Source: an uncultured Candidatus Saccharibacteria bacterium
GTDB lineage: Bacteria > Patescibacteriota > Minisyncoccia > Phycocordibacterales > UBA2100
DNA: 64,000 nt
Assembly (NCBI GenBank): GCA_964512835.1
Contig: CAZELA010000001.1
Span: 297,372-361,371, forward strand
Direction of reading: 5' to 3'
Shown here one piece after another: positions 19,508 through 27,957 of this stretch. Under the pieces are notes generated by a model. It was not told the origin of the DNA. It was given only the letters and a program-made list of their open reading frames with translations, and made no database searches. A program made the position numbers and the translations under genes. The number at the start of each line of letters is the position of its first letter. Within the stretch, counting starts at the first letter, position 1.

Positions 19508-20110
19508 ATGCGAAAAATAATTGTTCAGGAATTCATTACACTCGATGGTGTCATGCAGGCGCCCGGAGGTACAGAAGAAGACACGGAAAGCAATTTTCAA
19601 TTCGGAGGCTGGACCGCACCGTATTTCCACGAAGCGGACCAAGAAGGTGCGACATTTATGGAGCGCTGGATGCAGTCGACCGACATTCTGTTGGGGGAAA
19701 AGACCTTCAAAATCTGGGAGAAATTTTGGCCAACTCACGAGGATATGTGGCCGGGGATCAATGCTGTAAAGAAATACGTGTTGAGTCCCGATCTCGAAAA
19801 GACGGACTGGAACAATACAATCTTTTTGCGAAGTGTGGACGAGGTGAAGACTCTCAAAAACGGTGACGGCGGCGACATAAAGGTGCACGGGAGTGCCAAC
19901 ATGGCACAGTCACTTTTTAAGAATGATCTTGTCGATGAACTGTGTCTTATGATTTTTCCGATAACTCTCGGACAGGGTAAGCGATTGTTCCAGGAGGGAA
20001 CGATTCCGGCCGCGTTTCGGATGACCGACCACAAAGTCACAAAAAACGGTGTGATCTTGGCCTACTATGAGCGCGCGGGCGAAGTGCAAACAGGAGAGAT
20101 CGCAGGCTAG
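19508..20110 (+). CDS. dihydrofolate reductase family protein (RibD C-terminal-like)
   Basis: MRKIIVQEFITLDGVMQAPGG start and VHGSANMAQSL, typical of YwjB/RibD-C family. Confidence 0.7.
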   Translation: MRKIIVQEFITLDGVMQAPGGTEEDTESNFQFGGWTAPYFHEADQEGATFMERWMQSTDILLGEKTFKIWEKFWPTHEDMWPGINAVKKYVLSPDLEKTDWNNTIFLRSVDEVKTLKNGDGGDIKVHGSANMAQSLFKNDLVDELCLMIFPITLGQGKRLFQEGTIPAAFRMTDHKVTKNGVILAYYERAGEVQTGEIAG

Positions 20111-20136
20111 CATACTAAACGGGCTACAATACGAGT

Positions 20137-20667
20137 ATGCATAGTAGGACTCCGACGAAAGATGAGCTCATCGACCAGTATCCGGACATTGATATCAATA
20201 TGGACGGCGGACCTGATTCCTTTCAGGAGGGCCTGCCTATCATTGAACGCGATCCGATAGCGATCATCATCAAACACCCGAGCGAGAATACTTATTTACT
20301 GGCAAATTGGAAACAGGCGGACTGGAAAGGGTTCGTTACGGGTGGGATCGAAGAGGGTGATTCCGTAGAGGACACGGTCCGAAAAGAGATTCACGAAGAG
20401 ACGGGTTACAAGAATGTCGGAGCGATCGTACAGACCGATATTGTTTCTCATGCTCTCTTTTTTCATCCGGTAAAAAATGTAAACCGGCTCGCGCATTACC
20501 ATCTGGTGTCCGCTCAACTTGTGGACCTTGATCGCGACGCAGTTTCGGCGGAAGAGCAGGCAATTGCCGACTTTGTGTGGGTACCGTTTCAAGATGTGGA
20601 AGGCATGCTGACCAGGCAGGGTATCAAGCACCTATGGCGTGCCTATAACGAACAGAAAAACGCCTAG
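20137..20667 (+). CDS. NUDIX hydrolase
   Basis: Nudix box GGIEEGDSVEDTVRKEIHEETG. Confidence 0.8.
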   Translation: MHSRTPTKDELIDQYPDIDINMDGGPDSFQEGLPIIERDPIAIIIKHPSENTYLLANWKQADWKGFVTGGIEEGDSVEDTVRKEIHEETGYKNVGAIVQTDIVSHALFFHPVKNVNRLAHYHLVSAQLVDLDRDAVSAEEQAIADFVWVPFQDVEGMLTRQGIKHLWRAYNEQKNA

Positions 20668-20669
20668 CC

Positions 20670-21020
20670 ATGACTCACCGCATACTCGCGATCCTCTTTA
20701 TATTCATCGGAGAAGTATTTTCGATCGGGGCTCAGCTCGCTGCGTCCAAGCGCGTGGTTCATGGTGCGGAGGGTGCGACTGCATATTTGTGGTGGATGTA
20801 CCTCATCGGTGCGCTCGGAGGGGTGCTGATCGTCGCGGGGTATGTGTATGCGTACCTCTACTTCAAAAACATCTGGATTGTTACGGCGATATCGATCGGT
20901 TCAATCGTTGTGTTTGAGCCTATCCTTGCACTCATCCTATTCAAAGAGGTACCCACCATGGGCGCTCTGATCGGTATTCTGCTGGGGGTACTCGGTATCC
21001 TGTCGGCACTTATACTGTAG
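20670..21020 (+). CDS. small membrane protein
   Basis: Four hydrophobic helices. Confidence 0.4.
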   Translation: MTHRILAILFIFIGEVFSIGAQLAASKRVVHGAEGATAYLWWMYLIGALGGVLIVAGYVYAYLYFKNIWIVTAISIGSIVVFEPILALILFKEVPTMGALIGILLGVLGILSALIL

Positions 21021-21464
21021 TGCCGCGATATTCCCATTCCCACACGAGACCGTCTTCGGGGTGGAGTACTTCGCCGGTTTTTTCAAAATTATTTTTGCGC
21101 AGAACGCTCGCCGACGGACCTTCGATCGGCATAGTGCGCGCAATGATCGTGATCGCGTTGTCGGTGTCCTGTGCGATTCGTATGAGTCTGCATGCCATCT
21201 CGGTCGCGTATCCGTGATTCTCGAACTTCGGAAACGTGAAATACGCGATTTCAACGCGGTCATTTGACGGAGGTGTTTTAAATGCGCACGTGCCGATGAT
21301 GGTCCCGTTATCGATCGCAACATAGGCGACCCACGGCTGCACATAGCCCTCGCGTGTGTAGTTCTTTGTTATCTCGGGGAGAATCTCGTCGAGTGCGGGA
21401 GAGTCGCCGGGGTTTATGCCGCCGACAATGCCGTCTTTCTGCACAGGGATCAATTCAAGTTCCA
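21010..21464 (-). CDS. GNAT family N-acetyltransferase (RimJ/RimL-like)
   Basis: VEIAYFTFPKFENHGYATEMA. Start at MELELIP; longer ORF would overlap the next gene. Confidence 0.65.
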
Positions 21465-21535
21465 TGTCGAGAGTATACGGATTCGCGCAAAAAAATACAC
21501 CGGAGGCCGCGAGGTCTCCGGTGTGCATCATGGAT

Positions 21536-21814
21536 CTATCCGAGGCGTTTGAGTCCCTGCGCCGACAGCATGAATGAGCGGGGATCATCAGACTCGTCAT
21601 GCTCGATGAGTGCCTGCGCGAATAGCTCGCGCAGGCACTTGGGCAGAATGTGGTACCGGTATTCCCAGATACCCGCGAGTTCAGGATTTCGCCAGTACGT
21701 GATCAGTGTGCCGGATCCGTCATCATGAACAATGACGCTGGCACTGTGCCAGAACCGTTGATTCGGATCGAATTTCCTGATTACCTCGCGCGTTCGTCTG
21801 AGTGGGCTGCTCAC
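21536..21814 (-). CDS. hypothetical small protein
   Basis: 92-aa ORF overlapping the upstream small ORF by 4 nt. Confidence 0.4.
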   Translation of the reverse strand: MSSPLRRTREVIRKFDPNQRFWHSASVIVHDDGSGTLITYWRNPELAGIWEYRYHILPKCLRELFAQALIEHDESDDPRSFMLSAQGLKRLG

Positions 21815-22080
21815 CCGCGAGCTCCACCTACGTGTCGGTGATACTGCTCGTTCAGTTCCGCGAAGAATGCAGGGGTCATGCCGGTTTCCTCAGCGAGAGC
21901 ATCGCAGAGCGCCGGGTAGATCGTGGGCAGCATTTCGCCCAGCACCATCCGGACATCCTGTTCATTCAGTCCGTATTTGCGGGCGAATGCTTCCGCATCC
22001 AGACCTCTTTCCTTGAAAAACCGTTGCTGCACGGTACGCCACGGCGTCAGCGGAGCGCTCCATTCCCGTGTTCCCGACAT
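21811..22080 (-). CDS. hypothetical small protein
   Basis: 89-aa ORF, first gene of a two-gene minus-strand pair. Confidence 0.4.
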   Translation of the reverse strand: MSGTREWSAPLTPWRTVQQRFFKERGLDAEAFARKYGLNEQDVRMVLGEMLPTIYPALCDALAEETGMTPAFFAELNEQYHRHVGGARG

Positions 22081-22177
22081 AGTCGTTCTCCTGTGTTCTA
22101 CCGTAATGACAATACCTCAGGGGTCGGCACATTCAAGCGGCTATGCGCGAGCTGTCGAACTGCTATCATCGGTGCAT

Positions 22178-22732
22178 ATGGAAATTGAGGTAAAGGCAAA
22201 AGTAGCGGATCTCTCGGCGATACGCGCGCGGATCGTTGCGCTCGGCTGCACATTCACTGATCCTGTTGTACAAGACGATACCGGGTATGTGCGAAATGTG
22301 GGATCAATGGATGCGTTTCTCGGAAACGATGTGTTCTTGCGCATCCGCGTGCAAAGTGACGGACGTGTCATGTACACCGCAAAAAAGCCGTCACGGTTTG
22401 CCGGTGACGGACTTGCAAAGACTGAGCACGAAGTAACTGTAAGTTCCGCCGAAGAGCTCACACGTATCCTGGAGCTTTCCGGGTTTGTCCGGGCGGTCCA
22501 TGTGCGTAAATCACGTCAGACAGCCCACTACAACCAGTACGAAATCTGCTTGGACGAGATAGAGGGCCTCGGCTCTTTTATTGAAGTGGAAGTGATCGGC
22601 GAAGAGGTAGATGCAGATTCGGTGCAACAGGACATGCGGGCATTTCTGCAAACACTGGGCATTCGCGCAGAGGATCAGGTACGAAAGGGATATGACATTC
22701 TCATACTCGAACGAGAGTACGGTATACAATAG
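22178..22732 (+). CDS. CYTH domain protein (class IV adenylyl cyclase / CyaB-thiamine triphosphatase family)
   Basis: MEIEVKAKV start with EXEXK motif, length and acidic-residue pattern of the CYTH fold. Confidence 0.65.
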   Translation: MEIEVKAKVADLSAIRARIVALGCTFTDPVVQDDTGYVRNVGSMDAFLGNDVFLRIRVQSDGRVMYTAKKPSRFAGDGLAKTEHEVTVSSAEELTRILELSGFVRAVHVRKSRQTAHYNQYEICLDEIEGLGSFIEVEVIGEEVDADSVQQDMRAFLQTLGIRAEDQVRKGYDILILEREYGIQ

Positions 22733-22733
22733 T

Positions 22734-22919
22734 GCCATGACGGCGAAAAAAACGATCAAAGATGGAGCGCGATGTAGGGTTGTAAACGGCACGCACGCCG
22801 GCGCATCGGGCACAATCCGCGATATAAAAACCAGTGCAACCGGCCACGTAACGATCACGGTCGTGCAGAAAAACGGAGAGCGTTTCAAGACGCTCGCAAG
22901 GAACGTAACCGTGATATAG
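22734..22919 (+). CDS. small KOW-like hypothetical protein
   Basis: 61 aa. KDGARCRVVNGTHAGASGTI resembles a KOW motif. Confidence 0.35.
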   Translation, partial: AMTAKKTIKDGARCRVVNGTHAGASGTIRDIKTSATGHVTITVVQKNGERFKTLARNVTVI

Positions 22920-22921
22920 AC

Positions 22922-23464
22922 ATGAAAGCGTACGTGGTTTTGCTCCGGGGAGTGAATGTGGGAGGCACCGGCACTATCTCTATTGCGGCTCTCAAGAAAG
23001 AGCTCGAGAAAGCAGGGTTTACGGATGTAGCGACATATATCAATAGTGGGAACGTAATCCTAAAATCCGATTCATCCGAAGCTCGCATAAAAGACACTGT
23101 AGAAACAGTACTATCCACGAAATTTAAACTAGGGATTCACCATACGGTCCTCGTACTCTCGGCTTCTACGCTTGCATCCATTGTAAAAAACAAGCCCAAA
23201 GGCTTTGGCGATGATCGAGCAAAATATTACAGTGATGTGATTTTTCTCATGGGGATCACAGTAAAGCAGACGATGCCGATTTTCCGTCCGAAAGAGGGCG
23301 TCGACACGATATGGGCGGGGAAGCGGGTCGTGTATTCACAACGACTTGGTTCTATGCGCACGAAGAGTCGTTTGAATAAGATCATGTCGTCACCACTCTA
23401 TAAATCCATGACGATTCGTACCTGGGGAACTGTTACGAAGCTTCTCGCTCTCATTCATCAATAG
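22922..23464 (+). CDS. DUF1697 family protein
   Basis: MKAYVVLLRGVNVGG hallmark N-terminus. Confidence 0.7.
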   Translation: MKAYVVLLRGVNVGGTGTISIAALKKELEKAGFTDVATYINSGNVILKSDSSEARIKDTVETVLSTKFKLGIHHTVLVLSASTLASIVKNKPKGFGDDRAKYYSDVIFLMGITVKQTMPIFRPKEGVDTIWAGKRVVYSQRLGSMRTKSRLNKIMSSPLYKSMTIRTWGTVTKLLALIHQ

Positions 23465-23553
23465 AGATTGGTCGATTGGTTACGAACCTTACAATGGGCA
23501 CAGGCGGTGCACGTCCGGAGACCGGTGGAAAACACCAGTGATACAATTCTGGC

Positions 23554-23997
23554 GTGGAAAAGATTCGATACCAGAGTCCTAAAGAGGCAATTGAGCAGGA
23601 CGAGTTCCCTGAGCATTCATTCGATCTTATTGTCGATGGAAGGAAGATAGGTGCCGCAGATTTGGACTATTTTTCCAGACCAATTCCTATGTATCGTTTA
23701 TCCAGTCTTTACGTTGGGGAGCCAAGAGAAGGAGATATATATCGCGGTCAGGGGTACGGAAGTACGGTGATGGCACGGGTAGAGGCCTGGCTGCTCAAGA
23801 AGAAAAAGCCCGGAATTCTGCATGACAGAATCGATCAGAGTTCTCCGGCAAAAGGTATGTACGCGCGGCGTGGCTGGGTCCCGGTACCTGATATGGAGGA
23901 CGTGTATGTATACAATTGGCCCAAGGATGTTGATTTGTCGGTTCTAAAAGGTGCAGATCATCGATACGTGCCTCGTGAATTACGTCGACGTAAATGA
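23554..23997 (+). CDS. hypothetical protein (possible acetyltransferase-like)
   Basis: ORF only. GQGYGSTVMARVEAWLLKKKKPGI weakly GNAT-like. Confidence 0.35.
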   Translation: MEKIRYQSPKEAIEQDEFPEHSFDLIVDGRKIGAADLDYFSRPIPMYRLSSLYVGEPREGDIYRGQGYGSTVMARVEAWLLKKKKPGILHDRIDQSSPAKGMYARRGWVPVPDMEDVYVYNWPKDVDLSVLKGADHRYVPRELRRRK

Positions 23998-24071
23998 TAA
24001 AAACTCGGGCCGTGAATTTTTGTAGACACAAGAACTGCGGATAGGGGTAAATAATAAGAACGGTACATGCT

Positions 24072-24542
24072 ATGGATCTCGTGATCAGGAAAACTCGTAA
24101 TGGGCGCGGAATTTTTGCGGCGCGGGATTTTGACCCCGGAGAAACACTCTACGAAGTCACGGGCGCATTTGTAAGCGGGGACGAAGATGACGATGTTGAT
24201 GAATCGTTCCAATCGAACACATTTCGATATGACGCAGATCGCTATATTTCACCAGCAGGAGAGATTGGTGATTTTCAAAATCATTCCTGCGAGCCGAATG
24301 CCAAAGTCATAAAGCACGACGGTCGTCTGTATGTCGCCGCCGCACAAGCTATTGCACACGGTACGGAAGTGTTGATTGACTACTCGACAATCATTGCAGA
24401 CGACGATAGTTGGACCATGCGCTGTTCGTGCGGCACATCATCGTGTCGGGGCGTCATCGGGCAATTTAACTCGTTACCGAACACCGTACGTATTCGCTAT
24501 ATCACTACCGAAATGGTTCCCGAGTATATTCGCGCTCTTTGA
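24072..24542 (+). CDS. SET domain protein (lysine methyltransferase fold)
   Basis: NHSCEPN SET signature, ELxxDY-like VLIDYS, post-SET cysteine cluster CSCGTSSCRG. Confidence 0.75.
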   Translation: MDLVIRKTRNGRGIFAARDFDPGETLYEVTGAFVSGDEDDDVDESFQSNTFRYDADRYISPAGEIGDFQNHSCEPNAKVIKHDGRLYVAAAQAIAHGTEVLIDYSTIIADDDSWTMRCSCGTSSCRGVIGQFNSLPNTVRIRYITTEMVPEYIRAL

Positions 24543-24600
24543 GCACCCTCGTATCGCCGACGTCTGTTGCGCGAACGCAAACCGCGTGTATAAAAATAGT

Positions 24601-24840
24601 ATGAAAAAAACATTGAGCACAGGAGACGTTGTTGTTATCAGCTTAACCGTTATCTTTTTTGTCGCGGCCTTATTCTTAAAGGGGTTCACAAAGGATCTGT
24701 TACTCGAGATCGGCGTGCTCTTGGTTTCGATAAAGCTGATCATGTTTAATTACAAGCAGACGATGTTTGATACTGATGTCGTGCAGCGTCTCGACGCACT
24801 TCAAAAGGACGTTACTGAATTGAAGGGGCGAACGCGCTAG
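24601..24840 (+). CDS. small membrane protein
   Basis: ATG 24601, two TM helices. Confidence 0.4.
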   Translation: MKKTLSTGDVVVISLTVIFFVAALFLKGFTKDLLLEIGVLLVSIKLIMFNYKQTMFDTDVVQRLDALQKDVTELKGRTR

Positions 24841-24863
24841 GCTACTCGCGCACGCCCGTTCAT

Positions 24864-25187
24864 TTGCTAGAGTGCTGTATGTCTGACACGGCCATGTCCG
24901 GAGGAACTGCGCACAAGATACCCGCCGATTTGAAGAAGAAACTTGCATCCGACAAAGCGGCGCTTTCAAAATGGGAGAGTTTGACACCGCTCGCACGCAA
25001 CGAATGGATCTGTTGGGTTGTTTCGGTCAAGAAAGAGGAAACGCGAACTGAGCATCTGGATCGTGTACCTGTCGAGTTGAAAGAGGGTAAGCGCAGACCG
25101 TGCTGCTGGATCGGATGCATTCATCGTACGGACAAAGACATCAGCCCCTCAATCAAAGGTATTTTGGCAAAGCGTGCCAAGAAATAA
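24864..25187 (+). CDS. YdeI/OmpD-associated C-terminal-domain-like protein
   Basis: LARNEWICWVVSVKKEETRTEHLDRV parallels the C-terminal motif of the YdeI-family gene at 15951. Confidence 0.5.
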   Translation: MLECCMSDTAMSGGTAHKIPADLKKKLASDKAALSKWESLTPLARNEWICWVVSVKKEETRTEHLDRVPVELKEGKRRPCCWIGCIHRTDKDISPSIKGILAKRAKK

Positions 25188-25193
25188 AAAAAT

Positions 25194-25213
25194 CGCCGGC
25201 GCGAACGCCGGCG
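25194..25213 (-). terminator. terminator-like hairpin oriented for a minus-strand transcript
   Basis: CGCCGGCG-cgaa-CGCCGGCG hairpin. A-runs on both sides on plus strand, so U-run follows the hairpin only for a minus-strand transcript. Confidence 0.55.
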
Positions 25214-25229
25214 AAAAAAGTGGTCCAAG

Positions 25230-25560
25230 CTGACCTCCGACAGTCTGTGCCAGACGCGTTGCGTCGCCGACAGAACTTCCGTCTCCCGTGTGGGCGGTAT
25301 TTCAAGGTCGAATCAGACCCAGCCGAAACCGGATCCTCATTTTCTCCCGCCTATCCTACGCACATCAGGACGAGTCTTCAGTCCACCTCCGGAGATTCGA
25401 ACTCCGGGGCTGATCGCGGTTTCCCACTGAACAACAGGCCATTAGGGCTTCGAACCCCTACACCGCACGAGGGATGGCTCCCATCTAGGTGTTTGCCTGG
25501 ACCGCGCGAAGTATAGACGCACTGGCCACACTGTCAAAAAAGATGGACATGATAAAATAA
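25230..25560 (-). other. about 330-nt non-coding structured region with three tRNA T-arm-like motifs (unclassified RNA or tRNA relics)
   Basis: No ORF over 60 aa on the GC-rich segment. Minus-strand reading has GGGGTTCGAAGCCC, CCGGAGTTCGAATCTCCGG and GGGTCTGATTCGACC stem-loops 55 and 87 nt apart. No complete cloverleaf could be built. Confidence 0.3.
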
Positions 25561-25565
25561 ACCCA

Positions 25566-25656
25566 TATGTCAAAAGGAATGGATCGTAAAAAAGAGGCCA
25601 AAAAGCCCAAGAAAGAAAAGCCGAAAAAGGACAAAAGTCGTCCGTACAACAATTAA
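25566..25656 (+). CDS. small lysine-rich peptide (29 aa), speculative
   Basis: MSKGMDRKKEAKKPKKEKPKKDKSRPYNN. Below the 60-aa track cutoff, read from sequence. Confidence 0.3.
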
Positions 25657-25728
25657 TACCGAAGTGTCGACAGAAATACCGCCCCCACAGGGTGGTTTTC
25701 TTTTTTCGGGGCAGGTATACCATGAACA

Positions 25729-26149
25729 CATGGACATCAATTACATCGCAATTTTAGTAGCGACCGTTGTGCAATTTATTATCGGGGCAATTTGGTATAT
25801 GCCGCTCTTCGGAAAACTGTGGGGCAAGATCCACGGCTTCGACCATGAAAGCCCGGAAGTGCAGGCTGAGATGCGTAAGGGTATGTTTCCGCTCCTCGCA
25901 GTTCAATTTCTCGGCACGCTCGTTACGTCCGCAGTGTTCGTGCTGCTGCTCAACGGCATGCCGTACGACTGGAATCGGTACGGATTAGTCGGATTCATGT
26001 GGCTCGGCTTTGTCGTGCCAACGCAAGTCTCAGCGGTGCTATTTGGCGGCACGCAGCCGCAGTGGATCGTAAAAAAGATCCTCGTCATGGCATTCGGTTC
26101 GCTCGCGTGCCTCGAAGCGCTCGCATTCGTGGTCGTAACAATGAGTTAG
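25729..26149 (+). CDS. DUF1761 family membrane protein
   Basis: MDINYIAILVATVVQFIIGAIWY start typical of DUF1761. Confidence 0.6.
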
Positions 26150-26167
26150 TAGTTGTCGTGAAATAAA

Positions 26168-26194
26168 CGAGAGGCCGGAACTGGGTTCCGGCCT
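26168..26194. terminator. bidirectional terminator
   Basis: GAGAGGCCGGAAC-tgg-GTTCCGGCCTCT hairpin between convergent genes. Confidence 0.65.
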
Positions 26195-26208
26195 CTTTCG
26201 TATGGCAT

Positions 26209-26529
26209 CTAGAGCTTGTTTGCCCGGGCGGACCGCAGAAGCCTGATCTCGTCCCGGATCTCTTCGAGCTCACCCTTGAGTCGCTTCTCGTCGGCGAGCA
26301 GCGGCTGGAGGTATTCATCGAAGACGCCGTGCTTCGCGATGACCTTGGCGCGGGCCTTTCGAAATGCCGCGCGCTTCCTGGTGTTCTCCTCGATCATCTT
26401 TGCGGGCATCGGACCGCCGAACACAACCTCGGTCTGGAATTCTTTCCTCGAGGAAAGGGCGGATAATTCCAGATCGCACGCGTCGCTCGGGCTCAATTCC
26501 GGTAGATGTATGATCCGTCCGCTCATCAT
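26209..26529 (-). CDS. hypothetical protein (106 aa)
   Basis: ORF only. Charged coiled-coil-like C-terminus. Confidence 0.4.
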   Translation of the reverse strand: MMSGRIIHLPELSPSDACDLELSALSSRKEFQTEVVFGGPMPAKMIEENTRKRAAFRKARAKVIAKHGVFDEYLQPLLADEKRLKGELEEIRDEIRLLRSARANKL

Positions 26530-26538
26530 GCGATCCTT

Positions 26539-26772
26539 TCAGGCCTGATATTGCTCGGCAAGCTTTTTCTTCAGATTGCTGGCACATACTGCAGTCGCGC
26601 ACCACAGTGACGTTTTGGAATACGGGTACCCGACGACCGGTGAACTGGAATTTGTGTCTTTTCCGCATCCACAGGCGCATTTGGGGTACGAGCTCTTCAG
26701 TGCAGGCGGTTTTTTCGGCTCAGTGAACATTAGTGCCTCCCTGGTATGTCTCGCGGTAGCGTACTCTTGCAT
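26539..26772 (-). CDS. small Cys-rich hypothetical protein
   Basis: [10 protein letters not shown] and [10 protein letters not shown] cysteine motifs. Confidence 0.35.
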   Translation of the reverse strand: MQEYATARHTREALMFTEPKKPPALKSSYPKCACGCGKDTNSSSPVVGYPYSKTSLWCATAVCASNLKKKLAEQYQA

Positions 26773-26808
26773 CGGCCTCTAGGCAACTGCAATTGCTATA
26801 CTGAACGT

Positions 26809-27297
26809 ATGACAAAAAAGATCGTACTCGCGGGCGGGTGCTTTTGGGGGTTGCAGGATCTTATTCGTGCACAACCGGGTGTCGTGCATTCGGAGGTCGG
26901 CTATACCGGAGGCGAGGTAGAAAATCCCACATACGACAATCATCGCGGTCACGCGGAGGCTGTCGAAATCGAATACGATCCGTCCGTGACCTCGTACAAG
27001 AAATTGCTCGATTTCTTCTTTCAGATACACAATCCGACGACCCTAAACCGCCAGGGCAATGACGTCGGCACGTCGTATCGGTCAGCGATTTTTTACAGTA
27101 ACGAGGAGGAGCGAAAAGAAGGCGAGGATTTTATCCGCATCGTCGACGAGTCTGAGCGCTGGCCGGACCCGGTCGTCACAACGCTCGAGCCGCTCACACG
27201 GTTTTGGCGGGCCGAAGAGTACCATCAGGATTATTTGCAGAAGAATCCGGGAGGCTATACCTGTCACGCGATCTACTTCGACAGCTACCTCAAGTAA
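26809..27297 (+). CDS. msrA: peptide methionine sulfoxide reductase A
   Basis: GGCFWG active-site motif, [10 protein letters not shown]-like and YHQDYL. Confidence 0.9.
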   Translation: MTKKIVLAGGCFWGLQDLIRAQPGVVHSEVGYTGGEVENPTYDNHRGHAEAVEIEYDPSVTSYKKLLDFFFQIHNPTTLNRQGNDVGTSYRSAIFYSNEEERKEGEDFIRIVDESERWPDPVVTTLEPLTRFWRAEEYHQDYLQKNPGGYTCHAIYFDSYLK

Positions 27298-27347
27298 GAA
27301 GAATGAATGAATTTCGTCTCTCTGACACTAGCAATCAACACACGTCT

Positions 27348-27929
27348 ATGAGCAAACTATCTATCGGAGTTGTCGGCGCTGTAGCCATTCTTATTGTGGG
27401 GTATATAGCGTTGAATTACGGGGCGCCGAAACGCGAAGCTGCAGTATTGGATTCCACTCCGTACGATGCGACAGTAGCAGGCACCTACGGCTGTCTTCCG
27501 CATCGTGATACTACGGGCCCGCAGACGGATGAATGTGCGTTCGGGCTGCATGCAGATACGGGCGAATGGTATGCGGTCAATTTTGGTGCGTCTGCGCAGG
27601 CTGCAGAGCAGTTTCGTAGTGGCGCACACGTAAAAGTGCAGGGCAATATTGTGATCAAGGAAGCGCTGAGCTCAGACCATTGGCAGAAATACGATATGAA
27701 GGGGATCTTTACGGTGAACGAGACGCTTGAGTCATCGTCGTCCACACCGACGTCAGGCGGCAGTGCAAAGATCAACATCAATGCTGTGTGTGAGGGTGCG
27801 CTCGCATACATGACATTCCCGAGCGGGGATGAGGCGGACCGGTTCGTGTCGGAGTGCAAAGAAGGCAAGCATCCGGAAGTGATTGAAAAATATAAGGCCG
27901 ATATGCAGGTCGATGGAGCGGCCATCTAG
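27348..27929 (+). CDS. membrane-anchored secreted hypothetical protein
   Basis: MSKLSIGVVGAVAILIVGYIAL signal anchor. Several Cys. Confidence 0.45.
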   Translation: MSKLSIGVVGAVAILIVGYIALNYGAPKREAAVLDSTPYDATVAGTYGCLPHRDTTGPQTDECAFGLHADTGEWYAVNFGASAQAAEQFRSGAHVKVQGNIVIKEALSSDHWQKYDMKGIFTVNETLESSSSTPTSGGSAKININAVCEGALAYMTFPSGDEADRFVSECKEGKHPEVIEKYKADMQVDGAAI

Positions 27930-27957
27930 GCGCAGTGCCATCAGGTATAATCCGAAG

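Noticed and set aside
21465-21600. Longer start (MTSLMIPAH, 21600) for the minus-strand GNAT gene
   Set aside because: It would overlap the downstream 21536-21814 ORF by 65 nt and adds a Cys/Arg-rich wrong-looking N-terminus. The GNAT core begins cleanly at MELELIP (21464).
12200-25220. Calling the lower-GC block an active prophage or integrative element
   Set aside because: No integrase, recombinase, transposase, phage structural or conjugation genes were found. Only tRNA-end relics and compositional bias support horizontal origin, so it is reported as an accessory region, not a mobile element.
25383-25470. Intact minus-strand tRNA using the GGAGTTCGAATCTCC or GGGGTTCGAAGCCC T-arm
   Set aside because: The 7-nt sequence following each T-stem has no complementary 5' acceptor strand at tRNA-appropriate distance (two or more mismatches for every registration tried). 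Only relics or another RNA class remain plausible.
25230-25560. tmRNA (ssrA) assignment for the structured non-coding region
   Set aside because: Plus strand has a GGGGCTGAT tmRNA-like 5' end and minus strand has TTCGA-type T-arms. No acceptor-stem pairing between a 5' end and a T-arm plus CCA-proximal 3' end could be built on either strand, no tag-peptide reading frame was found, and a full-length tmRNA on the plus strand would run into downstream coding sequence.
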